A stretch of DNA of 64,000 nucleotides from the human T2T-CHM13v2.0 reference genome, Homo sapiens. Positions 42,455 to 56,180 of the stretch are shown here, in pieces. Location: the NCBI RefSeq assembly GCF_009914755.1, contig NC_060942.1; one strand, written 5' to 3'. Numbering within the stretch: the stretch's first letter is position 1; the number at the start of each line of letters is the position of its first letter. The position numbers and the translations under genes were made by a program. A model generated the notes under the pieces. It did not search any database and was not told where the DNA came from. It saw only the letters and a program-made list of their open reading frames with translations.

Positions 42455-42879
42455 GTGGAATAACTTCAGGTATCAGCTTGTCAGATGAATCTGAGGAAAA
42501 CTCAAGGAATAAAGACAAAATGTGAGTAAAACTTATGGCTTTCCTCCTGGTTAAAACCCCAAGTATAATATGTGTACATAATATTTTATCACTTACTGAG
42601 TTGTTTTAATGAGCAAAGGAACCTTCTTTTGCAAGTCGTCACTCAGAAAGTGACATAAGACTCCAGTGTATTTGTTGCTTAATAAACTTATCTTCCAGTT
42701 CTCTCATTCTTTCCACCTCCTCTCAAGGTGCGAGCCAGAGTCTCCTCTTCAGGACACTGACTAGTATATTGCTTAAGTGTCCATCTCTCTGCTTGCCTCT
42801 GCTTTCCTCTGGCCAATAAATGGGTAACTATTATGGGACAAGAGTCGAGAATATTGGCTTAGAAAATTTTCTTCCACAG

Positions 42880-43474
42880 CAACTTCAGCCGTTACATCCT
42901 CAGAAGAAAGAATTCAACTGAGGGGCATAAAGCAGAGAAAGAGACTGAGGCAAGCTCCAGAGCAGGAATGGAAGTTTATTAAAAAGTCTTTAGAACAGGA
43001 AAGAAAGTAAAGAACTCTTGGAAGAGATCCAACTGGGCGCCTGAAGGTCAAAAAGAGAAAAGAAGATCCTTTAACCTTGACCCTGGGACATTATAGGCTT
43101 GCCCCTTTCCTGTGATTCTTCTTTTCAGGTGGGCTTTCTGTATGCGCGGTGCCCTCCTTACCCTTGGGAATTGAGCACATGCAGTGTGTTTAGGGAGTTA
43201 TAGGCATGCCCATCTGAGGCTTTCTTCCCTTTTCCAGTGGAGTGTGCCTCTGGAAGATCATTCTTCTCCATTTTTGTCTCTTTACACACATTCCCAGGAA
43301 GTTGCTTCTCCCTGGGGCCTGCATTCAATTAATATTGTGATGTTAACAGGTGTGGGCCATCTGGAAATGAACTCTCCCTGGCACTGCCAAATTATCATTT
43401 TTAGAGAGGCAAAGCGATAATTGCCAAACCGTCACCTGACATTTCTAATGGCTTGCACATGACTACCTGTAACA
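42880..43474 (-). mobile_element. MER50-like ERV1 LTR
   Basis: aagaaagaattcaactgaggggcataaagcagag..gaagtttattaaaaag, aattatcatttttagagaggc; ends actacctgtaaca. Confidence 0.75.
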
Positions 43475-43644
43475 AGTCCATACAGCAAAGTGAAAGCAAG
43501 TTTACTAAGAAAGTGAAGGAATAAAGAATGGCTACTCCATAGACAGAGCAGGCAGTTCCCAAAAGGGGAGGGACATGCCCACCTTAGGTACAATGCTTGT
43601 TTATATCATGGGGAGATGTATTCTATTACAAGGGTTTGTGATAA

Positions 43645-43975
<331 letters not shown>

Positions 43976-44122
43976 TATATTTTTATCTTTAAAGCAAAAT
44001 TAGGAATGCTTTTGTCCTCAAGATATTGGGATATCAGGATATTCCTGAGTCTGGGTCTGTTTAGTAAATGTTATCAATCTGTTCCCTTAACTGTAAATAT
44101 CTAGAGGTTAGGAACATCTAAC

Positions 44123-44131
44123 TTCTGGGAA
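44123..44131. promoter_or_regulatory. GAS (STAT) motif TTCTGGGAA in the MER41 LTR
   Basis: Matches TTCN3GAA. Only the motif is seen; there is no activity evidence. Confidence 0.3.
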
Positions 44132-44384
44132 ATGCAGCCCAGCAATTCCCAGCCTCATTTTACCCAGCCCCTAGTCAAGATGGAGTTGCTCTGGTTCAAA
44201 CACCTCTGACTCAAGGACCTCTGCCTTCATTGACGATTTTGTCTCTTCATTTTTGCTGTAACAATCCTACTCTGACACAATGGAAACCTAATATCTAACA
44301 GAAAGAATAATGAGGTGAAAAAAGAATTTGCACAAGAAAAAAGAAACAAGTAATTTATTATTTCAAATAATAATCCAGAAAACT

Positions 44385-44650
44385 CTACTATTTCCATTTT
44401 ATAGGTGAGAACACTGAGCCCTAAAAAGGTTAAAAAACTTGCTTACATTACATAGTTCATTGACAGCAGATTTAGTACTCAAATTGATATCTAACTTCCT
44501 CAAATTCATGTTGTTAGTTACCACATGACCAGTATCGTCCCCATTGTTATGCACGAGAAACCTAAACCTGGAGGGATTAAGTGATTTATTCAAGATCACA
44601 TCATTAACATACTGCAGAGCCAGAAAGAGAACCCAGATTTTCCACATCTT
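44385..44650 (-). mobile_element. Two adjacent MIR core fragments
   Basis: ccattttataggtgagaacactgagccc..aggttaa and cccattgttatgcacgagaaacctaaacctggagggattaagtgatttattcaagatcaca. Confidence 0.7.
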
Positions 44651-45999
44651 ACCAGTTGTATTTCCATATCGCCCATCCATTTTCTGTCTTGAATTTCCCA
44701 TTCATCCACAGAAAGTAGTAGTCTTGAAGTTGTGCCATGGAATTAATGGAGTTAATATTCCCAGTTAGAGGAAAAATTTCATTATTTAACACTATTATAA
44801 AATAAAAATGGTATTTCCACAGTAATCATCCGTATTTACTTATGATTTTATCCTATCATTTTCAAAACAACTTTCAGGGCAACACATATTAATAATACAA
44901 TAACAATGATGACTATATGATAATCTCAAATAATGCCACATGTAAAATTGAATATTAATGAATATTTCTATGACTTTGACAACAGAAAAAAACGACGTTT
45001 TTGGCGTACAAAATGCCCTAATCATTGCTCTGATATTATGAAAAAGCTAGCATACCTCCCAATGTGCCTTCTAGTTTTTTAGAAATGATTCTCTCCACAG
45101 CTGGGTCTGACCTCCAGAGCTGCTGGAGAAGATCTATTGTAGATTCTTTGTCTGAAAATAATTAAGCTCAGGAGAGTAAACAAGGAAAAGAGATATTTTT
45201 CTTGGTAGATACAAACATTAACATTTGACCCATGGTAACAAAGTAATAGTGACAGCTTAACTATTGAAAGAGACTCTTTTATATTTGCAGTTTATAAATA
45301 TTTGCTGCTTACTTCCCTCCCCTATTCAATATTCTCTGTTTTATGTTTTGTAAACAACCCAGAAATCTCCACAGCAACAGTCATAGTATCAAAACCACAT
45401 TACAGCTTTGAGTTTGGAAATGTGTAGGGTGAAATCTCAAATTTTCTTGGCTGTAGTGTAATACGAAAAGGAAAGATTTTTCCAGGGACTTTGTATGGTC
45501 AATATTACATAAGCATAGTCACAGCTCAAAACCATGTATTAAATCTTGTTCTAATAAGCCACTATTAACAGTACATTTAAAGAATATTTTAACTTATAAT
45601 TTTTATGAAAATAAAACTTAAATCAGCCAAATGTGCAATCCCACAAACTAGATTGAACAACTTGTTCTGGGGCTGTCATTTCATTTTTACTGTCTACATC
45701 TCACTCTTACAATCTTATAATGTCCTCTTTGAGTGTACTTTTGTCTAATTACATAAAAATCTATAACACTACCAAATTATTTTCAAGAATATCAGTAAAT
45801 AAGTTACTGTTTTGTCTCTATCATCTCATAGGACATCGGAGTGGTACCTACGACAAATGGTCATAGAGGAACGCCTCTCCCAAAGAGCTCCGGAAGAAAA
45901 GAGCCCAGTGGTAAACAACCCATATACTCTGCAAAAATAAGTAAACAAAACGTTTGATAATGCATTGAAATCATCTTTTTAAATGATTTCCTGAGAGAG

Positions 46000-48900
46000 C
46001 AAGAAGTCAAAGAATGCACAGAAGCTGAAAACAAGAGAAAAAGAAGACACTTGGAAGATAATAAAGGCCTAAAGCCAACTTTTCCCTAGGAAGCATCTGC
46101 TCAATCATGATAATCTCCAGTTTCTGTTTTCATGGAAGTGCAGAACATAGGAAATAGGTAATAAAATCAAGGACTACCCAAAATGAAAGATTTCACAGAT
46201 CTCTTCATAAAATTGATGAAAATCCTGGAGGGTGAAATCAACCAAACAGAAGGATCAGCAAGTAAGCTAAATTCTCTAAGGTTCCCTGACTAGTAAACAC
46301 AATTTGGCTTTTATAATCTATATTTTCAACCTGCATTCCTTCTACATATATGGTCAACAAAGATTTTTAAGTGATATCAAATTGGAAATACAATCAGGTG
46401 ACTGATAGAAGCCAACAGAATTCCTCTCCAGAGAACGCAGTCATATCCAGGCCTCAAAGAATTATCACAGCTGAAGTTCCAAGAAACATGAGTTCATGAT
46501 AGAAAATCATGAAATATGTGAGCATATAGGGTGAAATTAATGAGAGTCAGCCAAAACAAGATACCAGCAATAACTATAAACATTGAAATTAAATTAATTA
46601 GGAGAATATAAAATTAGCACTTTCTATGTTTCAATCAATAAGATATTTACTGAAATTATGAGCAAGGGACAACAGACTATATAAATTAAATAATAAAATT
46701 GGAAATAAGTGAAATTTTTTTTAGAAATGAAAAATAAAATAATTGAAATGTAAACAGATTAACAGATTACAGGTTAACAGATTAACAGGTTAACACATTA
46801 AAGAGAAAACTAGGTACAGCTGAAGAAAAATTTAATGAACTAGAAGATAGATGCAAATATAGTATGCTGAAATTAACCCTAAATGCAAATATATTGAAAA
46901 TATGAAAGCAGTTAGAAGGAGTGAAAAGATCTAACCATACGTTTGATCAGAGAAACAAAAAGATATGGTACAAAATAATTAAACTAAGGCAATAATCAAA
47001 GGGATAGAAACAAATAATTTTTGAACTATAGAAAGACAGAAAAACCTCAGATCACAGAAACCTACTGATTGTCTTACAGAAAAAATGTGTATATTATCTA
47101 TATCTGTACAATTAGTCACCAGATATTTTTGGTGAATTTTAGAGCACTAAAGCCAAGTGTGATATTTAAAGAAGTCTGTGATAAGAAGAATTATTTTAAA
47201 CTGATAGCTACAATAGAAAGCAGAAAAAGTAAAAGACTTTTTAATCTTCCTTAAAAAATGTTAATCTAAAATACTATACTAACAAAGCTGTCTTTCAAGA
47301 ATAGTAATGAAATTTTGTTTTCAGCAAAAAAAAAATCTAAATGGAATGTTTACTATAAATTCTCATTAGAGATCTAAACATCTGCTTCATTCAAAAAGAA
47401 AATTATCATAGAAGTTCTGAGATGCAAAAAGAGAATAATGGGTAGTAATTTTGGTAAATCTATGAATCATTATTTTTAAAATAATTATAATGTTTAAAGA
47501 ATGGTATTAAAAACACAGATTAAGGGAAAACATTAGATAGAAATAGAATACAATTAAGTTGGAGAGTTGTGATGAGTTAAAGCATTTTAACATACCAGTT
47601 AAAAAGGGTAAAGTAGAAGGTAAAGATATTGATCAACTTTACACATTATTTAGTTACATATGCATATAAAACTATCTAAAGTTATTTAAAATAAATATAT
47701 AAAAAAGAAGGTGGTGCAAGATGGCAGAATAGGATTTTTCAGTAATTGTCCTGCAGAAACATCAATTTGAACAACTATTCACACACAAAAAAATCTTCAC
47801 AAGAGCTAAGGAAACCAGATGAGAGATTACAGTACCTGACTATAGCACAATAATAAGAAAAGATGCATTGAAGAGGGTAGGAAGACAGTTCCACATTACC
47901 CATATCACCTCTTCTCCAATCCCAGGCAACACCGTGTGGAAAAAGATACCATCTTATTGGAGGAAAGAAAGGAAAGTGAAGGAATTTGCTTTGGACCCCA
48001 ATAGTGGGTCTGCCACCATAAAACAAGGCATTGAGCAGAACTCCATGGCCTCTGACTTCAGGCTGGTATTCATGGACTCAACCTCCAGACACGACCTGGT
48101 AGCAGACAGAAACCTGTATCCCCTGTGAGGTGGATCTGAACTCCAGTTCACATCATTGCCAGTCAATCACAGTGACCTTGAGCTCCAGACAACATTCAGT
48201 TATAACAGGTCTTAGCAGCAGTGGACTTCAGGTACAAGCCAACATTGCAACAGATTCAGAAGCCAGAAGCTTTAGGCACACACCAGCTCTGCACCAGCCT
48301 CAGCAGCCATGGGATTCCAGCTTGATGCCATACCATTCACAGTGGCCCTGAGTTTAGGGAGCATCAGATGGTCTGCTTAGAATCTCTGGACAGGCTCACT
48401 GTTGAAAGCCATTCCCAGACAAAGCCAGTCTGTGAAGAATGAAATATGTACCTATTTCTTCAAATGTGCAGACATTAATGCACGGCCACAAAGATCAAGA
48501 ATAATCATAGAAACATGACATCATCAAATGAACAAAATACAGTGCCAGTGCCTTACCCTAAAGAAATGGAGATGTACGAACTGTCTTATGAAAATTCAAA
48601 ATAACTATTTTTTATCAAACATCAAGGAAATAGAAACAATTCAACAAAATGATGAAGACAATAAATGACCAAAATAAGAAAATTAACAGAGAGATTATTA
48701 TAATTTCAGAAAAATCTAACAGAAATCCTGAAACTAAAAAATACAGTGAATGAAATTAAAAGTAAAATAGCATCAACAGCAGAATTATCAAGCAGAAGAA
48801 AGAATGAGTGAACTCAGGGATGGGTCATTTGAAAATATGCAATCAGAAGAGAGAAAAAAATGAAAGGAACAAAGAAACTTTTGTTGCTCAAGATTTATGG

Positions 48901-51900
48901 GACAACATCACAAGAGTAAACGTCATAGGAGTTGAAAAAGGAGAAGGAAAAAGGAGTAGAAAGTTTAAGAAAATAATATCAGAAAACTTTCCAAACCTGG
49001 AGAAAGATATAAATATTCAGGTACAAGAAGGGCAAAGATCTTCAATAATAATGAATTCAAATAAGACATAATATAATCCAAGACATGGTTTTTGTGATCT
49101 ACATTGTTGTTATCAGCATAAAATAATATAACTATAAGATGTTTTTTGTAAAACTCATGGTAACCAGAAAGCAAAAACCTATAGTGAATGCACAAAAAAA
49201 AGAAAGCAAGGAATCAAAACATACCACTAAAGAAAATTAGTCACAGAAGACAATAAAAGACTAAGAAAGAAACACAGATCTACAAAACAACTAGAAAACA
49301 ATAAAGAAAATGGCAGTAGTAATTTCTTACCTATCAATAATTACCTTGAATGTAAATAAATTAAATTATGCAATCAAAAGACATAGAGTGGCTGAACAGG
49401 AAAAAAAGAAAAAACAGTTATATGCTGTCTACAAAAGACTCACTTCACCTGCAAAGACACAGACTGAAAGTAAAGATATAGAAGAAGATATTCCATGCAA
49501 ATGGAAATCAAAAGAGAGCAGAAGTAGCTACACTTATATTAGAAAAAAATAGACTTTAAGTCAATGGTTGTCACAAGAGACAGGAAGGAATTAAATAATG
49601 ATAAAAGAATCAATCCATCAAGAAGATATAACAATTATATATACACCCAACATCAGAGCACAGGCAGCTGTAGCAAAAATGAACAAGTGAGATTATATCA
49701 AGCTAAAAAGCATCTGCACACCAAATGAAACAATCAACAGAGTGAAGATTCAACATAAAACATGGGGGAAAATATGTGCAAACTATATATCTGATAGATC
49801 AATATCTAAAATATACAAGGAACTCAATAGCAAGAAAAGAATATTCTGGATTAAAAATGGGCAAAAGATTTGAATAGACAGTTCTCAAAACAAGACATAA
49901 AATTGGCCAACAAGTATATGAGAACATGCTCAACATCATTAATCATCAAGGAAATGCAAATTAAAACCACAATGAGATAATCACCTCACACCTGTTAGAT
50001 TGGCTACTATCAAAAAGGTGAAAGATAACAAATGTTGGTGAGAATGTGAAGAAAGGGGAACATGTTTACATTGTTTGTGGATATGTAAATTAGTATGTAT
50101 CCTGTTTCAAAAACAGTATACAATTTGCATAAAAAATTAAAAATAGAACATATGACCCAGCAATTCCACTACTATGTATATAATCCAAAAGAAATGAAAT
50201 CAGTATGTAAAAGAGATACCTGCACTCCTATGTTTATTGCAGCATTATTCACAATAGCCAAGATATATAATCAACCTAAGTGTCCTTTAATAGATGAATG
50301 GATAAAGAAAATGTGTGTGATATAGATACGCAATGAAATACTATTCAGTCATAAAAAAGAAGGAAATTATGCCATTTGTGACAGCATGGATGAACCAGGA
50401 GAGCACTATATTAAGTAAAATGAGCCAGGCGTAGAAAGACGAATACTGCATAATCTCACTTATATGTGAGATTTAAAAAAAAAAAAAAGTTTATTTTGTA
50501 GAAGTAGAGGGTAGAATGGTGATCACCACAGGTACAGGGGTTGGGGGAGGGGAAAAGAGATATTGTTCAAAGAATTCAAAATTTTAGCGAGATAGGAGGA
50601 ATAAGATCAATCAAAAGATCTATTTTACAACGTGGTGACTATAGTTAAGAGGAATATATTGTATTCTTATAAAATGCTAAGAGAGTGAATGTTAAAGGTT
50701 CTCACCACAAAAATGATAACTATGTGAGGCAATGCAAAGTTTAATTAGCTAAATTTAACCATTCTGCAATGTATATATACTTCAAAAATATGTTTTACAT
50801 GATACATACATACAATTTTATCTGTAAAAGTAAAATAAATAAATAAGTAAAAAAGTTTGAATTGACAAATGAATAGTGTAATTTTCAAAATATTAAATTA
50901 TAATGGAGAGCCAATGAGAAAAATATGCAAACAAAACAAACAAAAACCCAAAGCAATAAAACAATCCAAATGAAAGTTTAACAAAAAGGGTAAAACACAA
51001 AATTTCTCAAAAGTAAGAACTGGTAAAAATTAAGATATAGAAATAAATCCAAGTATACCAATAATTATAAAAAGGGATAAACTTTCCTGTTAAAAACAAA
51101 ACTGTCTCACCAAGTTCTTTAAAACTCCAGTTTAAGTCATTTATAAGTGACTCTGTGAAATACATACAGACACAGAAAGTTTATATGAAAGGATAAAAAA
51201 TATGTACAAGGCAAATACAAACCAAAAGAAAACTGGTGTTGCTTTATAAATATTGTATAAAATAGATTTTGAGACAAAGCATTACTAGATTTAAGAAAAA
51301 TAACAGCTTTTTTACAAAAGATTAAATTCACTAAGAAGATAAAATAATTCAAAATCTTGATGTATTTAAGAACAAAACCTCAAATTATATCATCAAAAAA
51401 TTGACAGCTCTGCAAGAGGAAGATAAATTCCAACGAGATTTGAACACTGTAGTTAACAAGCTTGCTCTAAGGAACATATAGAACATTATATCCAACAGTT
51501 AAGAGACTACAGTTTTTTTCCCTAGGTACACATCAAATATTTACAAAAATTTACCAAATGCCAGGCCATAAAGCAAGTCTCAGCAAATTAATAATAGGCA
51601 TCCTACCGACTACGCTCCTTGATCAAAATATAATTTAGTCAATTAAAAAAAAAGAAACATTTTTTACACGTCAATTTTCTAAACACTTATGTACATTTAT
51701 GAGCCAAAAAACATATCATAACCATCAGCAAACTGAATCTAGTAATGTATAAAAAATATCAAATAGAGCATTAATTACTTGCTCATGCTAGGAATACAAA
51801 GTAGGTTTAATATAAAATCAATTCATGAATATCATCGCAATAATCATTTATGTATTAAAAAGTCAATTATAATTACAACAGATGCAGAAAATGAATCCTA

Positions 51901-52260
51901 TAGAATTCTATATCAAAGCATGATTTTTTTAAAAAATAGTGAATTAGGAATAAAATAACTCTCCCATAACATAACAAAATCTTCAGTGGACATCACGTTA
52001 AACATATGACATTCTAAGCATTTCCTTGAAAATTTAGAACCAGCTAATGATGCATACCATCACCACTTATGTTCAGTGGTGAACTGGAGATTCTATACTG
52101 TTCAGTAGAACAAGAAAATAAATAAAAGGTATAAGGATTGGAGTAGAAAAAACAAGGCTGTAATTTTGGCAAATAGACTATCTACTATCCACTAGACTAT
52201 CCAATAGAATCAACAGATTGTCATTACAACTATTATGCACACATTTTTATGTTATGACAT
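46000..52260 (+). mobile_element. Ancient L1ME-like element (pieces at about 46000-47700 and 50850-52260) split by a younger L1MA
   Basis: ORF1 relics (acagctgaagaaaaatttaatgaactagaagataga). EN/RT relics resume after 50850 (aggcaaatacaaaccaaaagaaaactggtg; acaacagatgcagaaaa). Confidence 0.65.
47708..50850 (+). mobile_element. L1MA (L1MA6/7-like) with both ends but large internal deletions
   Basis: 5' end caagatggcagaatagg. ORF2 N-terminus MAVVISYLSIITLNVNKLNYAIKRHRVAE at 49310. C-terminal ...KSVCKRDTCTPMFIAALFTIAK. L1MA 3'UTR and A-rich tail. Confidence 0.88.
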
Positions 52261-52554
52261 GTGACATTATAAAGAGTACTACATAATGAAAAAAATTAGC
52301 TAGTCCTGTAATGAAATCAATGCAAGCAGAGAAAACACGGGGATATTAGGTTCAATTATTTAAATATTCTAATGGTCCCTATCTAAATGTGTTCTTCCAC
52401 AGATGACCCAAATAACAATTTTCATATAATATTGCTTTTGTTGGCATAATCCCCAGTTCTCCCCTTCTACAAGCTCTACAAATATCAGAAATACTGGAGA
52501 TATTCTGCTCAGCTCTTCCACTATCCTTTTGATCATATCTGCAAACATGGGTGG

Positions 52555-52690
52555 GTGCCCATTTTGTGATACACAATGTGCCTGGCCCTGGGAAAGCATC
52601 AATCAATAAGACAAAGCCCTTGCCTTGATAAGTTTCACAATCTAGTGGGACAGACAGTAACATAAATAGAGCAATTAATGACAAAGATGT
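52555..52690 (-). mobile_element. L2 fragment
   Basis: aataagacaaagcccttgccttgataagtttcacaatctagtggga. Confidence 0.55.
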
Positions 52691-53321
52691 CCCTGCTTAT
52701 GCCAAAGTGATTGGTCTGGATGTATTAATGATGAAAAATGAGGAAAGACATGTCATAGATGCTATGAATACACACACATAGAAACAAATTTGCAATACCT
52801 CCAGAATCCCAGACTTTAACACAAAAAGAGTCATTAAAATATTGCCTAACTTATCTTACTCTAAATCATACTTTGTAACAGATTGAGATTTTAATTTTTT
52901 ACTAAATTCAATATTTTTAGAAATCCAGTGTTTAAAAGAAATAACACAGGAGGTATACACATCCTCTAACTTACTCAATTAACCCGCCTGTGAACTGTTA
53001 TGAGCATGACTTTCTTTGCATTTCAATGAGAAAAAGTGGATGATATCTGGCTAAGGCAAGGTGTATGGAATGGTTGGTTTACTTTTCTATGCACCTACTA
53101 GTAGTCCCTGCTCAGATTTTTTTCTCCATCTCAGCTGTTTACACCTAGCACTTAATTACCTGTAGACTCCCCTGCTTTCTCCTGGGACCATGCGCAGTAT
53201 ACCAATAGCCTATATCCCAAATCAAAAAATATTTAAAATAATTATTTCACTGTTCAATGTCTGAAACTAAAGATGCCAAGCACTTTCAGAGCACCATAGA
53301 GTGGCATCTCTGCTTCCCAAA

Positions 53322-53623
53322 TTCTTTTTTTTTTTCTTTTTGAGATAGAGTCTTGCTCTGTCACCCAGGCTGGAGTACAAAGGCACAATCTTGGCTCACT
53401 GCAACCACCCCTCCCAGGTTCAAGCAATTATCCTGCCTCAGCCTCTCGAGTAGCTGGGATTGTAGATGCCTGCCACCACGCCCAGCTAATTTTTGTATTT
53501 TTAGTAGAGATGAGGTTTACACCGTGTTGGTCAGGCTGGTCTCGCACTCCTGACCTCAGGTGATCCATCTACCTTGGCCTCCCAAAGTGCTGAGATTACA
53601 GGTGTGAGCCACTGCGCCTGGCC
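53322..53623 (-). mobile_element. AluSx/Sz-like
   Basis: Full antisense dimer with ctcctgacctcaggtgatcc. Confidence 0.93.
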
Positions 53624-54361
53624 CCCAGTTCCCTTTTAATAGAGTAAGCCTATTGGCCCATCTTCGTCTCAGGTCTCATGGGTAACCAGAAGTTCTATCC
53701 CACCACATCGCTGAGGAAGAGTGGTGGTAACTAGAAGCACCTGAAAAGGAACACCTACCTGCAACCCAGTCAGCTGAAAATAGCTTTTCTTTTTTCTTTA
53801 TGTCAAATAGCAAGATCATTGTTCTCCTCAGTTTAAAGTCAATATTCGCTCCCTCCACCCCCATTTTGCTTCTTGCTAATTTTTCTCTCTATGTGTTGAA
53901 TAAATCTTCAGTCTCAGCATGCCAGGGTTATGAACTCTGTGGGAACTTTAGTAGAAGCCTCTTCTGACAATATGGGCAGGGTACTATTATGCAGAACCAT
54001 ACTTTGTTTTGTGCTCTTCCTGGACTATGGAAATTGGACACCAAATATGGCCCAGGCTGTCTTAACCGAGTCACCAAGATTGTGCTTCCTGAAGCTCTTC
54101 TGCCTACCACCTCCAAATGGCACTTCAGCCAGATCCATCTCAAGGAGACAGAATAGCCCCAAGTACATCTTAATTGCCATATATAAAAAGTAAGAGAAGG
54201 TAGAAATGGGCTTCTTTAAGGTCCTCTATCTGGTGAATAGCCAGTACAAGAACTGGAATATTTAGCCATCTCTCCATCATTCTATACCTGAAGCACTCGA
54301 GGATGAAGGAGGCAGAAGGGATAGAAGATACAACAGAACAGCCATAATGAAATGAAAAAAC

Positions 54362-54577
54362 TATAGCCTAGTGGTTAAGAGCTTGGCCCCAAAAGCCACA
54401 CTACCTGAGTTCAGAACCCTGGGCTATGCCACTCAAAAGCCCTGTGACCTTTGACAAGTTAGTTATTCTTTCTGGGCCTTGTCTCCTCACCTGTCAAATG
54501 GAGAGAACCTTACCCCTTAGGGTTGTTGTGAAACTCTACTGCTTGTGGAGATGGTAAAAGCTCAGTAAATATCATTT
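54362..54577 (+). mobile_element. MIR, near full length
   Basis: tatagcctagtggttaagagc..tgtgacctttgacaagttagtta..ctcacctgtcaaatgg..agggttgttgtga. Confidence 0.85.
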
Positions 54578-54973
54578 TCTAGATTTTCTAAAGATCTATT
54601 ATTTTCAAGAATACTATTATTCTTCTTTCTGAAATAAATGATAATTTTTTCCCCAAAAAGTTCTGTGTTCCACATGATAGAAGCAGATGAAATAGTGAAA
54701 GTTCTGTTAACCAACTATTTAACCACAAACAACTCCTTTGCATTTTCCAGGGAACAGATGGACTTTTCAAGACCAACTTGAAGGCTATAAATAGACTCAC
54801 TATTTTGTCATGACACAAGTCTTAGACAAAACTGGGTTTTAATGCTCCTTCTTTAAGAATTGTTATTCATATTATCCATGGAGTTATTTCTGTACTAAAA
54901 TAATGAATTGCTATCTCAACTTGAAGCCAAAGCATAGTTCAAAAATAAATTTAGGATGAGCATCCTTTTAGTT

Positions 54974-55145
54974 CTGCACAGTCCAATACAGTATCCAATA
55001 GGCTATTTAAGTGTGGCTATTTAAATATAAATGAACTAAAAATTAAATAAAATTTAAAACTCAGCCCCTTAGTCACACTAACCATGTATCACGTGCTCAA
55101 GAGCCACATGTGGCTACTGGATCCTTCCTGTTGGATAGCATTGTA
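54974..55145 (-). mobile_element. MER3 (hAT-Charlie)
   Basis: gtccaatac..tgtggctatttaaat..aattaaataaaattt..gtgctcaagagccacatgtggcta. Confidence 0.8.
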
Positions 55146-56109
55146 GATTATAAACTGGAGTGTCTGGTACCACTTCTCAGCTAATCTAACCTGATTAGTA
55201 AAACCATTAAAAAGTCACTGGTGAAATCAATCTTCAATTTAGAGTCTAGTGTGATAATTAAGAAATCTTACTTTACAATTATCTATATTCATTATTCCCA
55301 AGCAAATTTTATAGGCTATCACATCTGTATTTTTCAGTTCTAACATCAGGAAATTACACAGTACCATATGTTTTCAAGACAGTTGCTAATTTGAAACACA
55401 CATATGAGATATCCCAAGCCACCATTTCTTTCCATAATCATATATAAACTATGCAAATGATTACTGGTCCAGACTCCCCAAGCAAAGTCTACAGAGCAAA
55501 ATGACACTTCAGTGTCATTGAGGAAATTTGTACTGTAAGGGTAGCAAATATAAACTAATAAAATTATAAAAGTGATTCTTTAGATTTTTCAGAATAAATT
55601 TTCTGATATCTAAATTTACTACTTTATATATGCTTTCCTTGACTTCAGCTCATTATATCTGAGTTACCTGCTCTTTCAACACCTTAGTTTCATTACGAAA
55701 TCGTCATGAACCACTGATCCAGCTTCTCCTAACTGTGAATCAAGCAGCTGCACATCACACACATCTCCCCAGCCCTGGCCCTCCGAGGCCCTGGCCCTCT
55801 CTACAGCTGGCCAGGTTAGCAGGTTAGCTTTCAGAGCCTTCAAGAAATCCAATTTATTCCCAGGAACTGCTCTCACACTATTTAAATCCCCTAATCTCAT
55901 TGTGACCTTCTTGGAGGTAACAAGGTGGTCACATGAATAACAATGAGTCCTAGGTGGGCACTACAAAAGAATACAAAGAAATAAAAATGTCCCTGGTAAA
56001 AAAGAATCAGGAGTGGAGTGGATTGGAGGACAGTGGTCATTTCCAGGATTTGAGTGATTTCCAAGTGTTAGCACAGAGACTAACAAACTAACTGTCAACT
56101 CATGGAGGT

Positions 56110-56180
56110 AATGATGATGGTGATAATAGTGATAATGATGACAACGACGATGATAATGATGGTGATAATGGAGATGATGT
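56110..56180. repeat. Degenerate (GAT)n microsatellite
   Basis: atgatgatggtgataatagtgataatgatgacaacgacgatgataatgatggtgataatg. Confidence 0.85.

Noticed and set aside
46752-46802. Short (ACAGATTA)-like tandem repeat, and a 22-bp duplication at about 24272-24312
   Set aside because: These are ordinary slippage duplications inside L1 relics.
55668-55900. Idea that this is a known muscle micropeptide gene (myoregulin or DWORF)
   Set aside because: I found no sequence encoding those peptides in the ORF track or by reading.
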